Source: Phoronis australis
Lineage: Eukaryota; Animalia; Phoronida
Assembly (NCBI GenBank): GCA_002633005.1
Contig: NMRA01000184.1
Span: 685,255 to 749,254 of the forward strand
Length of the DNA stretch: 64,000 bases
Reading direction: 5' to 3'
Part shown: positions 36,962 through 49,365 of the stretch, piece by piece
How the letters are laid out: every line of letters begins with the position of its first letter
Numbering within the stretch: position 1 is the first letter of the stretch
The notes under the pieces: generated by a model
What the model saw: only the letters and a program-made list of their open reading frames with translations
Database searches by the model: none
What the model was told of the DNA's origin: nothing
Position numbers and translations under genes: made by a program

Positions 36962-38527
36962 GAGAGGCTTAAATCTGAGAGAACAGTTGTGGGCGAGAAG
37001 ACGAAAAGCATTGATCGTATTTGTGATTAGTAAAATTTTGGTGGATCTTAATGAAGGCAAAATGGTTTAACAACAAGTTTTTAGAATGACCGAGAAGACT
37101 GAAAAGACGTCGAATCGTCTAATTATCTCTTGCAAATTTTGTTTTTAGGGCTTAGAACTGCATAATCCTGTATGTAATAAAATGTTGGCCTCTGAGTCAT
37201 TATGGTCTTTGCAGACCAAGCCTCGGTCACATTCTGAATCTAAACACGACATACGGTATTTTAATACCTCGGTGAAAGTCACTATTATTGTGTATCAATG
37301 CAATTCGTTCCACCACCACTTGAGTTTGCACAACTCGGCGAAAATGCACAGCTCCGACAGATTGTCAAACAGACTGCAGTACATTCCAAAAATTAGCATT
37401 TGTACATAATGTTTGCATTTTTACTTTTGCAACGGGGTTCCAACAGCTACATGCCACATGAAATTAATTGTAACTATCTATGCTTTTTATTTAGGAAATT
37501 ACGATGAGCCAAAACATAATAACAAAGTAAACGACAACAATAAAATTCTTATTACTCATAAACTAATCATTCACCATTTCAAATCTACATGATCCTCTCA
37601 ACTATAGTCTGTATCGTCATAGCATCTCTGTGGTTATTCCCGTTGTTTTCACTCGAGATCAAATCTATAGCACTCGTAGACTAGATTTTCCCTCATCTTC
37701 GATACATATTTAGGTAAAGTTAAAGTTAACTTCGGAAAACGATTCTTTTAGAACAAAGCTGGTAATCAATCGGATACTCTTGATCTTCACATTTATCTTT
37801 GTTACAGGCTAAACCAGTTTTAGGCGTGTTTTATGATATTAATGTTGACAAGTTGTTATCATTTCTTTTTTTATTTCCTATTTCTTCTTTTCTTTTTTAA
37901 TTCTGATATTTAGATTTATGTTTATACATGTTTATATTTCTTTTTCAATGTGTATGTGTTAAGCTTGTAGTTTTTATCCAGTGTACTAAATATTTATATC
38001 ACTAGGGATATTTTGCCGCGCATAAATTCCTCGTGGGTTTAAATGCCTTTGCAGAATCAATCGCCTTCTTAAATTCTTACTCAACTTGTGAATACATTTG
38101 AAGTACTTTAACCTTGAGGATCCAATACACCCACCTTGTTTCAGAAAGTGTCTTTTGATCTAATCTATTGAACGTTATCAAAAGTGATTTCTCGGCTTGG
38201 GAATTCAGAAATAGCAGTTCATTGTTTGTTGCTTCAGAACGAGCTCACCAGACAGTTTATGCGCCTAACGCAATATGGAAAGAAGAGGCTAGTTCCTTGA
38301 CGGAGCGCTAGATGGAGTTAATTTTACATTTTCGGGAGCGGTGTTGGCTTCTGCAGTGGTGTTTCACTTGCTGGCAAGTCTAGTGACAGGCTGGTTTGCT
38401 TTGCGGATCGGAAGATGGATTTTCTGCATGGGTGGACTGCTCCTGTTCGGCACGGGCATGATTTTAGTAAGTGACGAAACTGGGTCATCCTAGTACTATA
38501 GCGCCTGCCTTGGAATTCATTCATTAA

Positions 38528-40240
38528 AGGAGAATGCCACCCAAAAAACAACCTGTTTTATATCAGTTTAGACCGAGTAGTTCTACTCGACAACTGCACG
38601 TTCGGTTGCGTTACCTGACTCCTGAGGGCAGACGGAGGTGTTGAAATTATCCAATGACGTCATTGGTTTCACACGCAGTCTGTTCAGAAGTTCACAACAC
38701 GGGTTTTTCACTTGAATTCATCGTTTAACACCAATAAATCACCAAACTTCGATGCAAAACCCTTAAAGATACACCGAGCTAAAAACGTGTTGTTTTATTT
38801 CGCTATTACGGATTTATTCATTTGGTATTTGGACACACCGTAGCCTACAAAGGTCGGCAAGCCAATTTACCAAGGTCCGTAGCAGGAGTTTGGGGTCTGT
38901 TCGGAGATAAATTCGAAGTATTATTCCGTGAAATACAGACAAGAGAACCTAGATCTGTGTTGTTTAGACTTGTGATTTTTTGAGTTCTAAACACACAAAC
39001 CGCTTGTTATCCCGGCCAGTGGCTCGGAACCCGATCAGGCCCGTCGCGGCCGGACTGACTCGTTATCCCGCCTGGGCCTGAGTGGCTCGGAACCCTATCA
39101 GGCCCGTCGCGGCCGCCGGGACTGGCACGAACATAAACCAGCTTGAGTTGGAAACTAAGCCTCCAGTCACAAAAAGACTATAATAGTGAGCCAAAGAAAT
39201 AATGTGCATGTATCTATTTTTGTTAATTGGCCACGAAAATCTACTTACTTGCCGGGGGCCGCGATGTCGGGTTTCCCTTCCACAGACCGTCAAGGCAAAG
39301 GTTGTACAGTAACAATGATTTGAATAATGTATTTGTATTTCTAAATAAAGATTCCCCTAACATGTGACCATAGCATATAAAATCGAGTAATTGTTTCACA
39401 ACAGCTTTCTGTCAGCAAACACTGAATTAACATGCGCTCAGACGGCCTCGGTGCCCGGTCAATTACCTTTGTTGCCGGCATCAAAAGCCGGTAACGCAGT
39501 GGTTTATTCATTGCTGGCTTCTCAAAACATTTGCACTCACGAGCACTCCAAGGCATTACCAATTGTATCTAATGAGACAGACTTTGTTTCAGTTTTATAT
39601 AAGCATTGGTTAGGATGAGAATAATACATTTTGAAACAAAACGCAGAATAATAAACGTTTACTAATAAACGGCAACTCGCCCCGCGCCAATCCCGACTTA
39701 GTCAAGAGCTCAGGCGACGAAGACTTCACGGGTCGGATCGTTAGTTTTCACAGGCTATCAGTTCGAACCGGATTACACTGATCAAGAAATATACAGAAGC
39801 GCCGTGAACATGCACAGGCAACGAAACGTATTGATAGTTCTTTGGTAAGCCGAAATTCGTAAGAGAAATCACTGTCGACGAAATGCCGGCCTCAGACACG
39901 GAGATGTTTCACGGCCTCATACTTGCTATTAACAGCCTATCTTTCATTCTTCACTACCGCGAGCCACTTCCTAAGCATTTTGGACTCTCGAGGAAGACGA
40001 AAAAACGATATAATCGCTTTCTTCGCAGCTTCATAGTTCGGACAGGCGGGAACGATGCACTGCAATATAGCGGCATTCACTCAACAGACGAACCACTGAC
40101 GTCGCTGCGTCGTTTCTCACCTTCCTCACAGGTTAACGTGACACCTCTAGGCAAGGTGAGGTCGACTGTATAAGAGGAGATGTGGATATAGACCGATTAA
40201 GACGGTAAAAAAGACTAATTAAATCGGGTGACATTCTCCT
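38528..40240. mobile_element. Kolobok-like non-autonomous DNA transposon, both ends present
   Basis: TTAA|AGGAGAATGCCACCC at the left and GGGTGACATTCTCCT|TTAA at the right: a 15-bp TIR (14/15 match) with TTAA TSD. Internal tandem repeat of about 57 bp at 39006-39123. A second copy starts at 56515. Confidence 0.85.
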
Positions 40241-40297
40241 TTAATGTCTGCGCGCGCAACGTCTTGTTGTTCATGATGTACATGAGTCCATGTGAGC

Positions 40298-40309
40298 GAA
40301 AACGAAACT
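40298..40309 (+). promoter_or_regulatory. ISRE/IRF-like motif upstream of TPR-TIR gene A
   Basis: GAAAACGAAACT matches GAAANNGAAACT. A candidate donor AAG|GTACTT lies at 40457. Function is inferred. Confidence 0.4.
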
Positions 40310-41712
40310 TTCCAAGATGTGGGAGGGAATGAAATGAGTGTCACCCTAGAGAATCTCGCGAAAACGGCAAGAACAAGCCACCTATTACAGGTGAAGTACG
40401 TGATTCCACTAACGGCCTTTGCGAGATTCTTGCGTCTACGAAACTCTACAGTGAAGGTACTTTTAAGTTGTCGGGGCGCAGGGGACAAATGTAGAATTAA
40501 AATAAGTTTACACCTGCGCTAAATGGAGGCATGCATCCATAAAAAACGAAGACGACACTGTCAGAACATACGTTTATTGGCGAGTATAAAAGTTTTGTTA
40601 AAGGGTTGAATAGAAGACTAGTTGACTATTTTGCGTGAGCAGCGTATCCATAGAGCGAATGAACATATTACCCAAACAAAACAACACGTGTATTGTTTTC
40701 TTACTCACCTTATTGATTATCTGATTCTTTTGTAGTGTTAAGCTTTTTTCACAACAGCAACCAGTAGGACCTATAAAACATTGTGCGTAGTTTTATTTCG
40801 GAAGCTTTTGATATTCGTTTGATTTCCAAGAACGCCGTGGTAGGTGGAATTAACCATGTGTTACATTTGAGAGTATTTCTCTCCGTGTTGGTTACAAGTC
40901 TGTCCATGAACCTTGAGCTCGAATTCTGCTGACGCGATTTGGTCAGACAGATATGATGTTTACCAACTAAGCTCAAATTAGCTATGTCAGTCACTTCATC
41001 TTTGAGTTTTCATAAGTTTTTTAATTTCAGCGGCGGATTGAATCAATTACTTGGTCGTGCATTTAATATCATCTTCAATCTCCCAAGTCCCAGTCCCGGG
41101 CCGCCAAACACCAAACCCGCATTATCAATTCTATACTTGAGCCCTTAATCTAAACTTACGCTCCACACCCGAAGACCACGCAAAATGTTCTTTTCAGTAG
41201 ATCACACTGAACAGTTCGCACAGTATCGCTCAACTAATCTCTACGCTAGTGAGATCCATTAAAAGGGGGTCTTAATTCTCTGGCGGATGTCCTAGTGGGG
41301 GCAAATATCCCCGTGATCCCTAAAAACCACAAGCCGATGGAGCATTCGTTGGCAGGCATCCTTACTCAGATAAGGAGTGACTTTTGGCTTTACAAAGAAC
41401 TGACAGTTCGTTTTTTGTTTAAGACCTTACTTGACGAATGAGTGGGGGCTCCGTGACAACTCAACTTGTAGAACCTTGTCTCATGCAATAACGAACTTTC
41501 AGTTCTTTCTACGCTCAAAAATCGCATCTGTTGTGACCAAGAGACATTTTCAAACCATGGTCTAAATAAAAACTTTTTAGTGACGAAAGAGAGGTTTGAA
41601 GGGTTAAGAAGGTAGATTCCTCTGTTTGAACAATTCAGTTGTTCGGAAACCACCGTTCATTGCCATCCATGTCTTAGACAGTGTTGTTTTTTGTAGGAAT
41701 AACGTCGATACA

Positions 41713-43572
41713 ATGCCGAAACGGAAAGAGCCTGAAGAAAAGCAACGCCCAGAGTGTGTGTTTACCGCAAATTTTGCCCGAAACATTGATCACCGAGTAT
41801 TGGAAAACCTAAAAGTACGTTGCGAATCGGAAAACAAAAATGAACCAAACTTCCGGTCTCATGCCACCATGCATATTCTTGGTTTTATTTACAAGAAGTG
41901 TCCTGGAAGTTCACGAAGTCCTCGAGACATGTATGAGGAAGTCTTACGCGGAGATGCGAACAACATTAACGCCCTCCTGAACTTGAAGCATATGAGTCAG
42001 ACGACTTCTGAGCGTAGCTATTACGAAGAAAATTTGAAGAAGATTTACAATAGTGAAGAGAGGATGCGTAAGACTTGTATGGCGAGATATTTGTATGAGA
42101 CTGCCGTCTTTATGCTCTTGCGGGAAGAGCCGTTTTTCGAAAAACGGTACAAACAAATCATTGAAAAATTTGAAACTGCAATTAAGTTAGGTGAAAAATG
42201 TTCTGTGGACGGCCACGAACTTATCGAGTGGAAGTTTATGTTAGGACGAACCTATGTGCGCATCGACTCCATCTCCGGTAATCCAGAAGGGGATGAAAGC
42301 AAATGGTTGAGATCGTGTTTTAACACCTTATATGCAGTTGCTGTCCATGAAATTGACCCTGGACGTTTGTCGGACAGCAGTAGCAAAAAAGATTTGCACA
42401 TTAAAGGCAAGGCGTGGGTGTATTTGGGTGCAATGCTAATGCGTCGTTATCCAGAATCTTTGAAGCTATCGCAATTCGTGAAGTTCGCACAAGATCACCA
42501 TAAAGATTTCAATGCTTCGAAATGCTTTGATACTGCACACAGTATTGCTCACAATCCGACTATATTACGAAGATTAGGTCAAGCCTACACTAAAATGAAT
42601 GACAGTCGAGCATATTATATTTTGATTCAGGCAATTGCCGCGGAACCAATCGGATACTCTTTCAATCTTCTTGGTCAGTGGTTTCTTAAAAATTACGAAA
42701 CTGATAAAACAAGAAAAGAACATTTACGTGAAGCCATTAAAAACTTTGAAAAGGCCATTGCTGCCCACTGTGACCTGTTTGTACTATATATGTCTCTCGC
42801 CAAAGCGTATGAATATCATTGCGAAATCGACAAGGCAATCGTTGTGTTTGAAAAGTGTGAAGAAACGTTTGAGGGGCTCCGCAATGTCAAGTTGTACGAA
42901 CTGTGGTCCCAGTTACTTGAGAAACATGGATATCATGAAGCAGCCAAAGAAAAACGTAAGCTCGCAGACGATATTAGACAGGGTAGAAATCCAAAACTGA
43001 CCTTCGATGTTGGGGTTCTGTACTGCAAGAAAGATGACAGCCAAGTCGCCGATTTCATTGAAACCCTTGAGCATGAAATCGACGTAAGTGTGTATTATCT
43101 ATCTAGGGATACAATACCTGGGAGCAACGAAATCGAAGAGCTACTAAAAATGCAACAGATTTGTAAATATATCATCGTGTTTTCAACCGACAATTTTGGT
43201 AAGGACACTGAGAGCAACAAAGCACTATTAAGAATTGTAAAAGCAAGAGACAAGGATAAAAATTACACAATCATACCACTTCTTGTTGATGATGGGGAAG
43301 TCCCTCAGTGCTTGGAGGATGTTCGACCAATTGAATATCACAAAGAGCAACGTTTGTTCTGGTACCGACTTGGTCAGGCGCTTGAAAACCACGAAGAAGA
43401 GGAGAAGAGTTATTTTTTCGACAGAAGCTGGAGTTTAGGGAACAAAAGAACATCGACCAGTTCACTGCAGCATTCGTGTGTCCTCGCTGTGGCATGCAGC
43501 GTCTTTGGAATTTTTGTGGGGTTAGTCATTTGTTGGGCGCAGATTTTTGAAGGAATAATTACTGACTTTTGA
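41713..43572 (+). CDS. TTC22/IFIT-like TPR region + TIR domain + C-terminal TM protein, paralog A (619 aa from ATG)
   Basis: Acceptor TTTTTTGTAG at 41696, then ATG (MPKRK). The TPR region has TTC22-like motifs (HILGFIY, NINALLNL, WKFMLGRTYVRID, KAWVYLG, CFDTA..IAHNPTILRRLG). TIR at about 43003-43389 (FDVGVLY, RDTIPG, IIVFSTDNF, IIPL, FWYRLGQAL). Hydrophobic helix at about 43477-43548. Confidence 0.88.
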   Translation: MPKRKEPEEKQRPECVFTANFARNIDHRVLENLKVRCESENKNEPNFRSHATMHILGFIYKKCPGSSRSPRDMYEEVLRGDANNINALLNLKHMSQTTSERSYYEENLKKIYNSEERMRKTCMARYLYETAVFMLLREEPFFEKRYKQIIEKFETAIKLGEKCSVDGHELIEWKFMLGRTYVRIDSISGNPEGDESKWLRSCFNTLYAVAVHEIDPGRLSDSSSKKDLHIKGKAWVYLGAMLMRRYPESLKLSQFVKFAQDHHKDFNASKCFDTAHSIAHNPTILRRLGQAYTKMNDSRAYYILIQAIAAEPIGYSFNLLGQWFLKNYETDKTRKEHLREAIKNFEKAIAAHCDLFVLYMSLAKAYEYHCEIDKAIVVFEKCEETFEGLRNVKLYELWSQLLEKHGYHEAAKEKRKLADDIRQGRNPKLTFDVGVLYCKKDDSQVADFIETLEHEIDVSVYYLSRDTIPGSNEIEELLKMQQICKYIIVFSTDNFGKDTESNKALLRIVKARDKDKNYTIIPLLVDDGEVPQCLEDVRPIEYHKEQRLFWYRLGQALENHEEEEKSYFFDRSWSLGNKRTSTSSLQHSCVLAVACSVFGIFVGLVICWAQIFEGIITDF

Positions 43573-44874
43573 AGGCCAGGTGGGGATCGGCAACTAAACT
43601 TAGTTTTAAATACACAAACTTTTCTGTAATGACCTACATAATCTTTTATCCGAAATCTATTTTACGTACCGTGGCGAATGCGCTAGACATTAGAATGAGA
43701 TTTCGAAAAAATCAAAACTGCTGTAAACTAACTTCTGTCAAAAAGCAATTATGTGATTCATTGCAGGTGCCGTCATCAAACATGTCTCGACTTGTTCCTT
43801 ACTCAGATAACTATAAACTATTGAAATCACTGACATAACAGATAATACGATTTGAGATCAGTACAACGGAATGAGATTTCTAAGTAAGAAAAATTATATG
43901 ACCCGTGTTACTCATTTCTCAGCACTGTTTGGTAAATAACAGGAAATTGAAGACAAACCAGACGCAAGATTTCGTCGGTATTTCGATGTATTATGAGCAA
44001 TCGGTAACACTGATGACATCTTGTGTCTTATTTTTCTTCAAAATTACTATGATCGAAAGCCAATGTGATTGATACCAATTCCATAAGCTGTATTTGAGCT
44101 GCTGTGTTGCCTGAGTGGGCGGCTGCTGGTTAGCCTTGGATTGTTTGACTAATTTTAGGATAAATTATCAAGTATAGGTTGATATTTTGAATTTCCTCAA
44201 ACTGTTCGACGTACACGAACACGGTTATATAAAACTGCAAAAAATTGTTGTCCCCGGATTACTAAGTTTGATTGTTGGATAACAACAAAAATTACTAAAG
44301 TATAATCTGGACTCTAGATCCAGATCTTAAATTTCATCCCAGGGACATCAGTTATATTCTGACCGGTTGCATCGCTGAGATATTAAAATGCCCACCATTT
44401 TAGGGAGTTAGCAACATGATGAAACCTACCGTTTTCATTGAGTCATCTTGTGCCCATTCTTCAATGGAATTGAGTGTCTGCCTACAAAATGGTAATTCAT
44501 TGAATTGAAGTGGAATAAACCCCTTCAGACTGTATCCTTTTTGAACGCAACGAACTTTGTAAAATGTGAAACTATTCTGTATAGTCAAGCTGTTGTAAAC
44601 ATCCAATATATTTTAGAGCGGTTCCAACAATTCAGCAACTAATTTAATCGTAAAAAGGCATTGATATGGAATCGGGTAGCGGAAAAGTTAGCCATCTGAG
44701 CGACACGTATCCCTATGCAAATGTACCCAGGACTTTACTTCGGGTATCAGCGAACAGTAATAGTTTCCCTTGGATAACTAGTATTACGCATTTTACATAT
44801 TCGAGATAGCGACCAGGCACGACATACAAATATTAACACCCCCTCTTCAACTATATATGACTAAACAGAGATGC

Positions 44875-44886
44875 GAAAGTGAAACC
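44875..44886 (+). promoter_or_regulatory. ISRE/IRF-like motif upstream of the candidate first exon of TPR-TIR gene B
   Basis: GAAAGTGAAACC is immediately followed by AGTTTCA. A strong donor CAG|GTAAGG lies at 45044. Function is inferred. Confidence 0.4.
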
Positions 44887-46363
44887 AGTTTCATTATTAA
44901 TACTGAGATCCTTGAGCACTGAACGCACACAGGCAAACAAATCAGCGATCAGTCCGGGAAAACAAACCAGAGTAAGCACAGGGTGTCGAGTGGACCTCAT
45001 CTGTTTCGCGCGACCTACAGGTGTACATCTGGTGATTGATCAGGTAAGGTATAGCCAAAAGGTTATCACGTTGAACAGTAATGATGTTACATTTCTCTCT
45101 CGTCATAGCAACGTTTAGGGAAAGTCCCGACATGATTGCTTGAACTGTTATACCGTGTGGCCGACAGGGTGTGTTATTCTCAGTCGCCTATGTATCACGG
45201 TCGGCATTTTGTGGAGTGGTGCGACAATCCCAAACGCATTCAGCTACAATCATTAAGCAATCTGAACATGGGACGAGGCATCTTTGTCGAAACGAACCTC
45301 TGAAATAAGATGTAAGACTAACTAGTAGAGCCTATGCGTAATCGTCAGATACTGAACTTTTATCGGACTACACCGAACTTGGGCAAAGTAAAGTAGGCTA
45401 CTAGTGGCGTGATTTACAATATTATGACAGAGACGTGTTCGCATAAGCGTGGAAATCTTCACCGAATACGAATCGGTCGGTTTTATTCCCACAAAATGGC
45501 GGGCCTCAGTGAGTGATTATAGACTGCACAGCTGTCAATGATTTCTCCCACGCATGTGGCAAATTGTGAAGTGCGGTTCCTTGGTTTACCATCTTGGTGG
45601 TGTCGCAATAACTATGGTGATTGTAGAGCTTAATCACGTTTTGGAAAATCCTGTTATGAAAATGTGTTCGATTCAGTCTTGTACGGTGACGGAGACGAGT
45701 TTATTCATTGGCATGTTAAATCAATAACTCTTCGCCCATCAGTGTGACCCAGTTCAAGATAAGCAATAAAGCCGTGACGTTGCAATGTATACGGTCTGTC
45801 ACAACTCACGGATCTACATACAATGCATAGCTGAGTACTGTTATAACTTATACTAATACAAAAAAGATTAACTATAAAAGTACGAGAGAGAAAAGACAAT
45901 GTCCGAAAGAAGGATACGACCAGGAAAAGATAGCATGTGAATGGAAAAACTCAACCAAAACGTAAGCCTTTTAGAACAAATATTAATGACAATGTTGCTT
46001 TTTTGAACAATGATGTTTCATACTAGAATACAGCATTGAGAAAATGGTGAACTGAAGTACCAACTCGACATAAGAACCGGCATCTAAGCTTACGGAGGCT
46101 GACCATAGCATTGGATGTGACACATGGTACAAACAAGACTTGTATTTGTAAAGTTAGAGAACCCCAGCAATCTTCTGAATGCAGTGAGTGGAGAGTAGGT
46201 ATACAAAATAAAGTTAAGAGTTTAACTTTTGCTGCAGGAGAGCTACACAAGCCGGAAGGTTACGAATAAGTGCACAAACAGTTCACATCGTTGTCGCGAA
46301 ATATCAGCTGATAAGTCACATGAATTAATATAACTCAACCAAGGATACTAATATACCTGGCGT

Positions 46364-46500
46364 GCGTTCAGTAGACGCTAGGACCTACGCTAGGACCTAG
46401 CTAAAACCTAGTCAAAGTCACGTGCTCTCATTTAAAATGCACAGCAATATCTCACGTAATCTCGCGAAGTCTTGCTTTTAGCGAGGTCCTAGCGTTACAC
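46364..46500. mobile_element. Small MITE-like inverted repeat element
   Basis: ACGCTAGGACCT at the left and AGGTCCTAGCGT at the right. Confidence 0.5.
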
Positions 46501-46572
46501 AACGGGAGGCTGGTTCATCACGTTGTCAAGTAGTTTAAAGACCGGCAGTTCGCTCCAGACTGTAATATAATT

Positions 46573-46870
46573 CTAAAAAATTATTATCTCACATTTACTA
46601 GAGTTGTACTTTACGTCATGAGAGGAATTGTACTTTACGTCATGAGAGGCTTCATACGTCTCACAAGTCTGAATCAGTTTATTCAAACCAGCAACAGAAG
46701 GCACAAGTATAATACCATCAGCATACATCAGGTGATCAATTTTAACATCAGAGATTATGCATACAACAGACAGAGACTTCAATAACTGACGCTCAAAACA
46801 TAAACAGTAAATAGATAAGAAGAGAGGATACCACCCTGCCTCACACCATTAGAGATAGTGAAACATGACG
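46573..46870 (-). mobile_element. LINE reverse transcriptase fragment
   Basis: The minus strand encodes NGVRQGGILSSYL and HLMYADGIILVPSVAGLNKL...YNSSKC. Confidence 0.75.
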
Positions 46871-47439
46871 GGCATGACAGATCAGGATCGTGTGGTTTTG
46901 TCCCTACAGATCATTCTGTGTCGGACTGTCTAGGGCTGCTTTGAATGAGGTTGGCTGATGCCGTAGGTCTGAGGCAAATGGAAAAGGATTGGAAATAACG
47001 CGGAGAAGTTGACGGTGCTTGGTCAGAAAATGGATAGAGAACTCTTTCCCGTGATGAATATGCAAAACTAAGTTAATTTGACAACTTGGCGCGAACCTGG
47101 TATTATGGTAAAATATGCAAACTACGTGGGTAACTTCTGGAGTGTTTGTGTTTTGTAAAAACAGTTCGAGTGAGAAATCTGTTGAATGAGACAACCAGGG
47201 CAACATTCTTTAACCTAATGTTCTGATTGAAGTCTATCCCACTGGTGGATTTAATCATGGTAAGCCAACTTTTTATAAGAGCGCTTAGCACTGCTTGAAC
47301 ATTTTGACAGTGTCTTTAATTCTTTGTGGGGATTGGAACCTCGACCAAAAATAACCAACAAAACTAATGCCAGAAATGGATTAACCAATCCGTTCAATGT
47401 TCAATCTTGTTGATTTAGTTTGAGGTTGTTTAACCCGAC

Positions 47440-48070
47440 AACGGGGATTATGTGGACAGTGCCTTTCAGAAGTGGGTTAGAGATTTAAACCTTATTTCTA
47501 TTGACGATTTTGATTGGTTCAAAATTTGTCGATTCCCGTATGTTTTTACGTTAGATTCACATTTAAGGTATTTCCAGTACAAAATTGTACGTTGTATTAT
47601 AACAACAAATGTCTTTTTTACGTTAATTAAAGTTCAAGAGAATGACTTATGTACATTTTGCTCTGAGCATAGAAAGACATTTTACATCTATTCGTGGAAT
47701 GTAGATATGTAAGAGAGTTCTGGAGGAAAGTTTGGGATGATTTCCTTTGGATTGATTTTTTAAACGGCCTTGACATTCTGTTTTAAAATACCGAATGTAA
47801 CAACCGCATAAATCTTGTAGTTTGAATATCAAAAAATAAAATTTATCAATGTAGAATGCAGAACAAAATTCTATTAACAACCGATGTCACTAGAGTTTTG
47901 AAAAACTATAGAAATTTAGAATTTACTATTAGTAAAATCAATGGTACATTAGAAAATCACAACGAAAAATGGAACTTAGTACAACCATAATGGTGGTAAA
48001 TGTTTATGTATGTTTATGTACGTATACATTGTAATTGTCAGTTTGTTATAATAAATGTTTGAAAAAAAAT
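47440..48070 (+). mobile_element. 3' end of an L1/Tx1-like LINE
   Basis: FQYKIVRCIITTN...CTFC (C-terminal zinc knuckle), HNEKW, and an A-rich tail at about 48062. Confidence 0.7.
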
Positions 48071-48656
48071 TCTGCAAAGATAGGAACAGTGGCAAACAAG
48101 GAGCCTATCTTTGGTAGTGGGTTTTGGGCTTTATCACACAAGGTAGTTCTTATAGTACGACCTTAAAAGCAGGAAAAATCCTGATAACAACCAACTCGTC
48201 GTTGCGCAATCTGAGTAAGAGACCTGTTGCAGTGTTGCATTTTTGTGGTCACTTTAGAATTTATGTAATATTTTGACAGAAAAATGAACGTAGGTTTTCC
48301 CTTTCTGTTAGTCAAAACCCGTGTTTACGATTGTTATGTTACTTAAAGAGTTTGGACTCTGGAAATATAGGCGGATTTAGGGGAGGGGGGCATCCCCCCT
48401 TGGCTGCCGCACAAAAATAAAACAGCAATAGCCTAGGGAAAAGTTTATTAATTAACTCCGGTAATTAAAATTATACGGCTGAAACATGTTTTAAATGTGT
48501 GCAGTTTTAGTGTTGGGGGGGGGGCTCAGATCCAATTTCAAGTGTCAAATTCGGAACACGGCGCAAGCGTAACAGAACTATGGCTAAGTACAGGCTCTCC
48601 CGCGATATCCCAGTCAGTGGCGCTGCGCACTACGACTCCGTTTCCGTCGTCTGCTT

Positions 48657-49365
48657 CACAGGCGTCCTCAGCTTCTGATCGTCCACAATACACTGCAAGG
48701 TACAGTATAACACTCCCGACTAGGAATTCCACGGGTGCTTCACTTCAGCCGTCCATAGTAAACACAAAACTTAATAAATTTACACAAAACAGAGATTCAA
48801 CAAACCATGAAGAATTGTTCTTTCTCCCAACACCATTCACGGTGTCCTGCTTCACCCAGTTCGCAAGAAATTCGCGGTCAAAGCACAAAAATCTTCCCAA
48901 AAAGCCCGTCGTGAGAAACTCCTTTGTAAATCGAAGGTCAAGGACGATTATTACGGAATTATCCGATAAGTTACGGATGAACGGCGCAGTTGCCAATTTG
49001 TTACGGAAAGTTACGAAATCGTTACAATCGGCAATTGCCGTTCATCCGTAACTCATCGGATATTTCCGTATCGTCCTTGACCTTCAATTTACAAAGGAGT
49101 TTCTCCGGACGGGCTTTTTGGGAAGATTTTTGTGCTTTGACCGCGAATTTCTTGCTAACTGGGTAAAGCAGGACACCGTGAATGGTGTTGGGAGAAAGAA
49201 CAATTCCTCATGGTTTTTTGAACCTCTGTTTTGTGTACATTTATTGCGTTTTGTGTTTGTTATGGACGGCTGAAGTGAAACACCTGTGGAATTTCTAGTC
49301 GGGAGTGTCATCCTTGTAGTACTATATAGTGTATTGTGGACGATCAGAAGCTGAGGACGCCTGTG
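48657..49365. mobile_element. 709-bp almost fully palindromic foldback MITE
   Basis: Arms of about 340 bp are reverse complements (CACAGGCGTCCTCAGCTTCTGATCGTCCACAATACACT at the left, AGTGTATTGTGGACGATCAGAAGCTGAGGACGCCTGTG at the right). Flanks GTCTGCTT / GTCTGTTC look like a degenerate 8-bp TSD. Confidence 0.9.

Noticed and set aside
41626-41712. ORF-track N-terminal extensions of the TPR-TIR genes (also 51120-51194) and DUF885 start at 29142
   Set aside because: These use non-ATG starts. The TPR-TIR extensions run through polypyrimidine/AG acceptors, and the paralogs only align from MPKRK. An upstream coding exon in phase 2 cannot be excluded.
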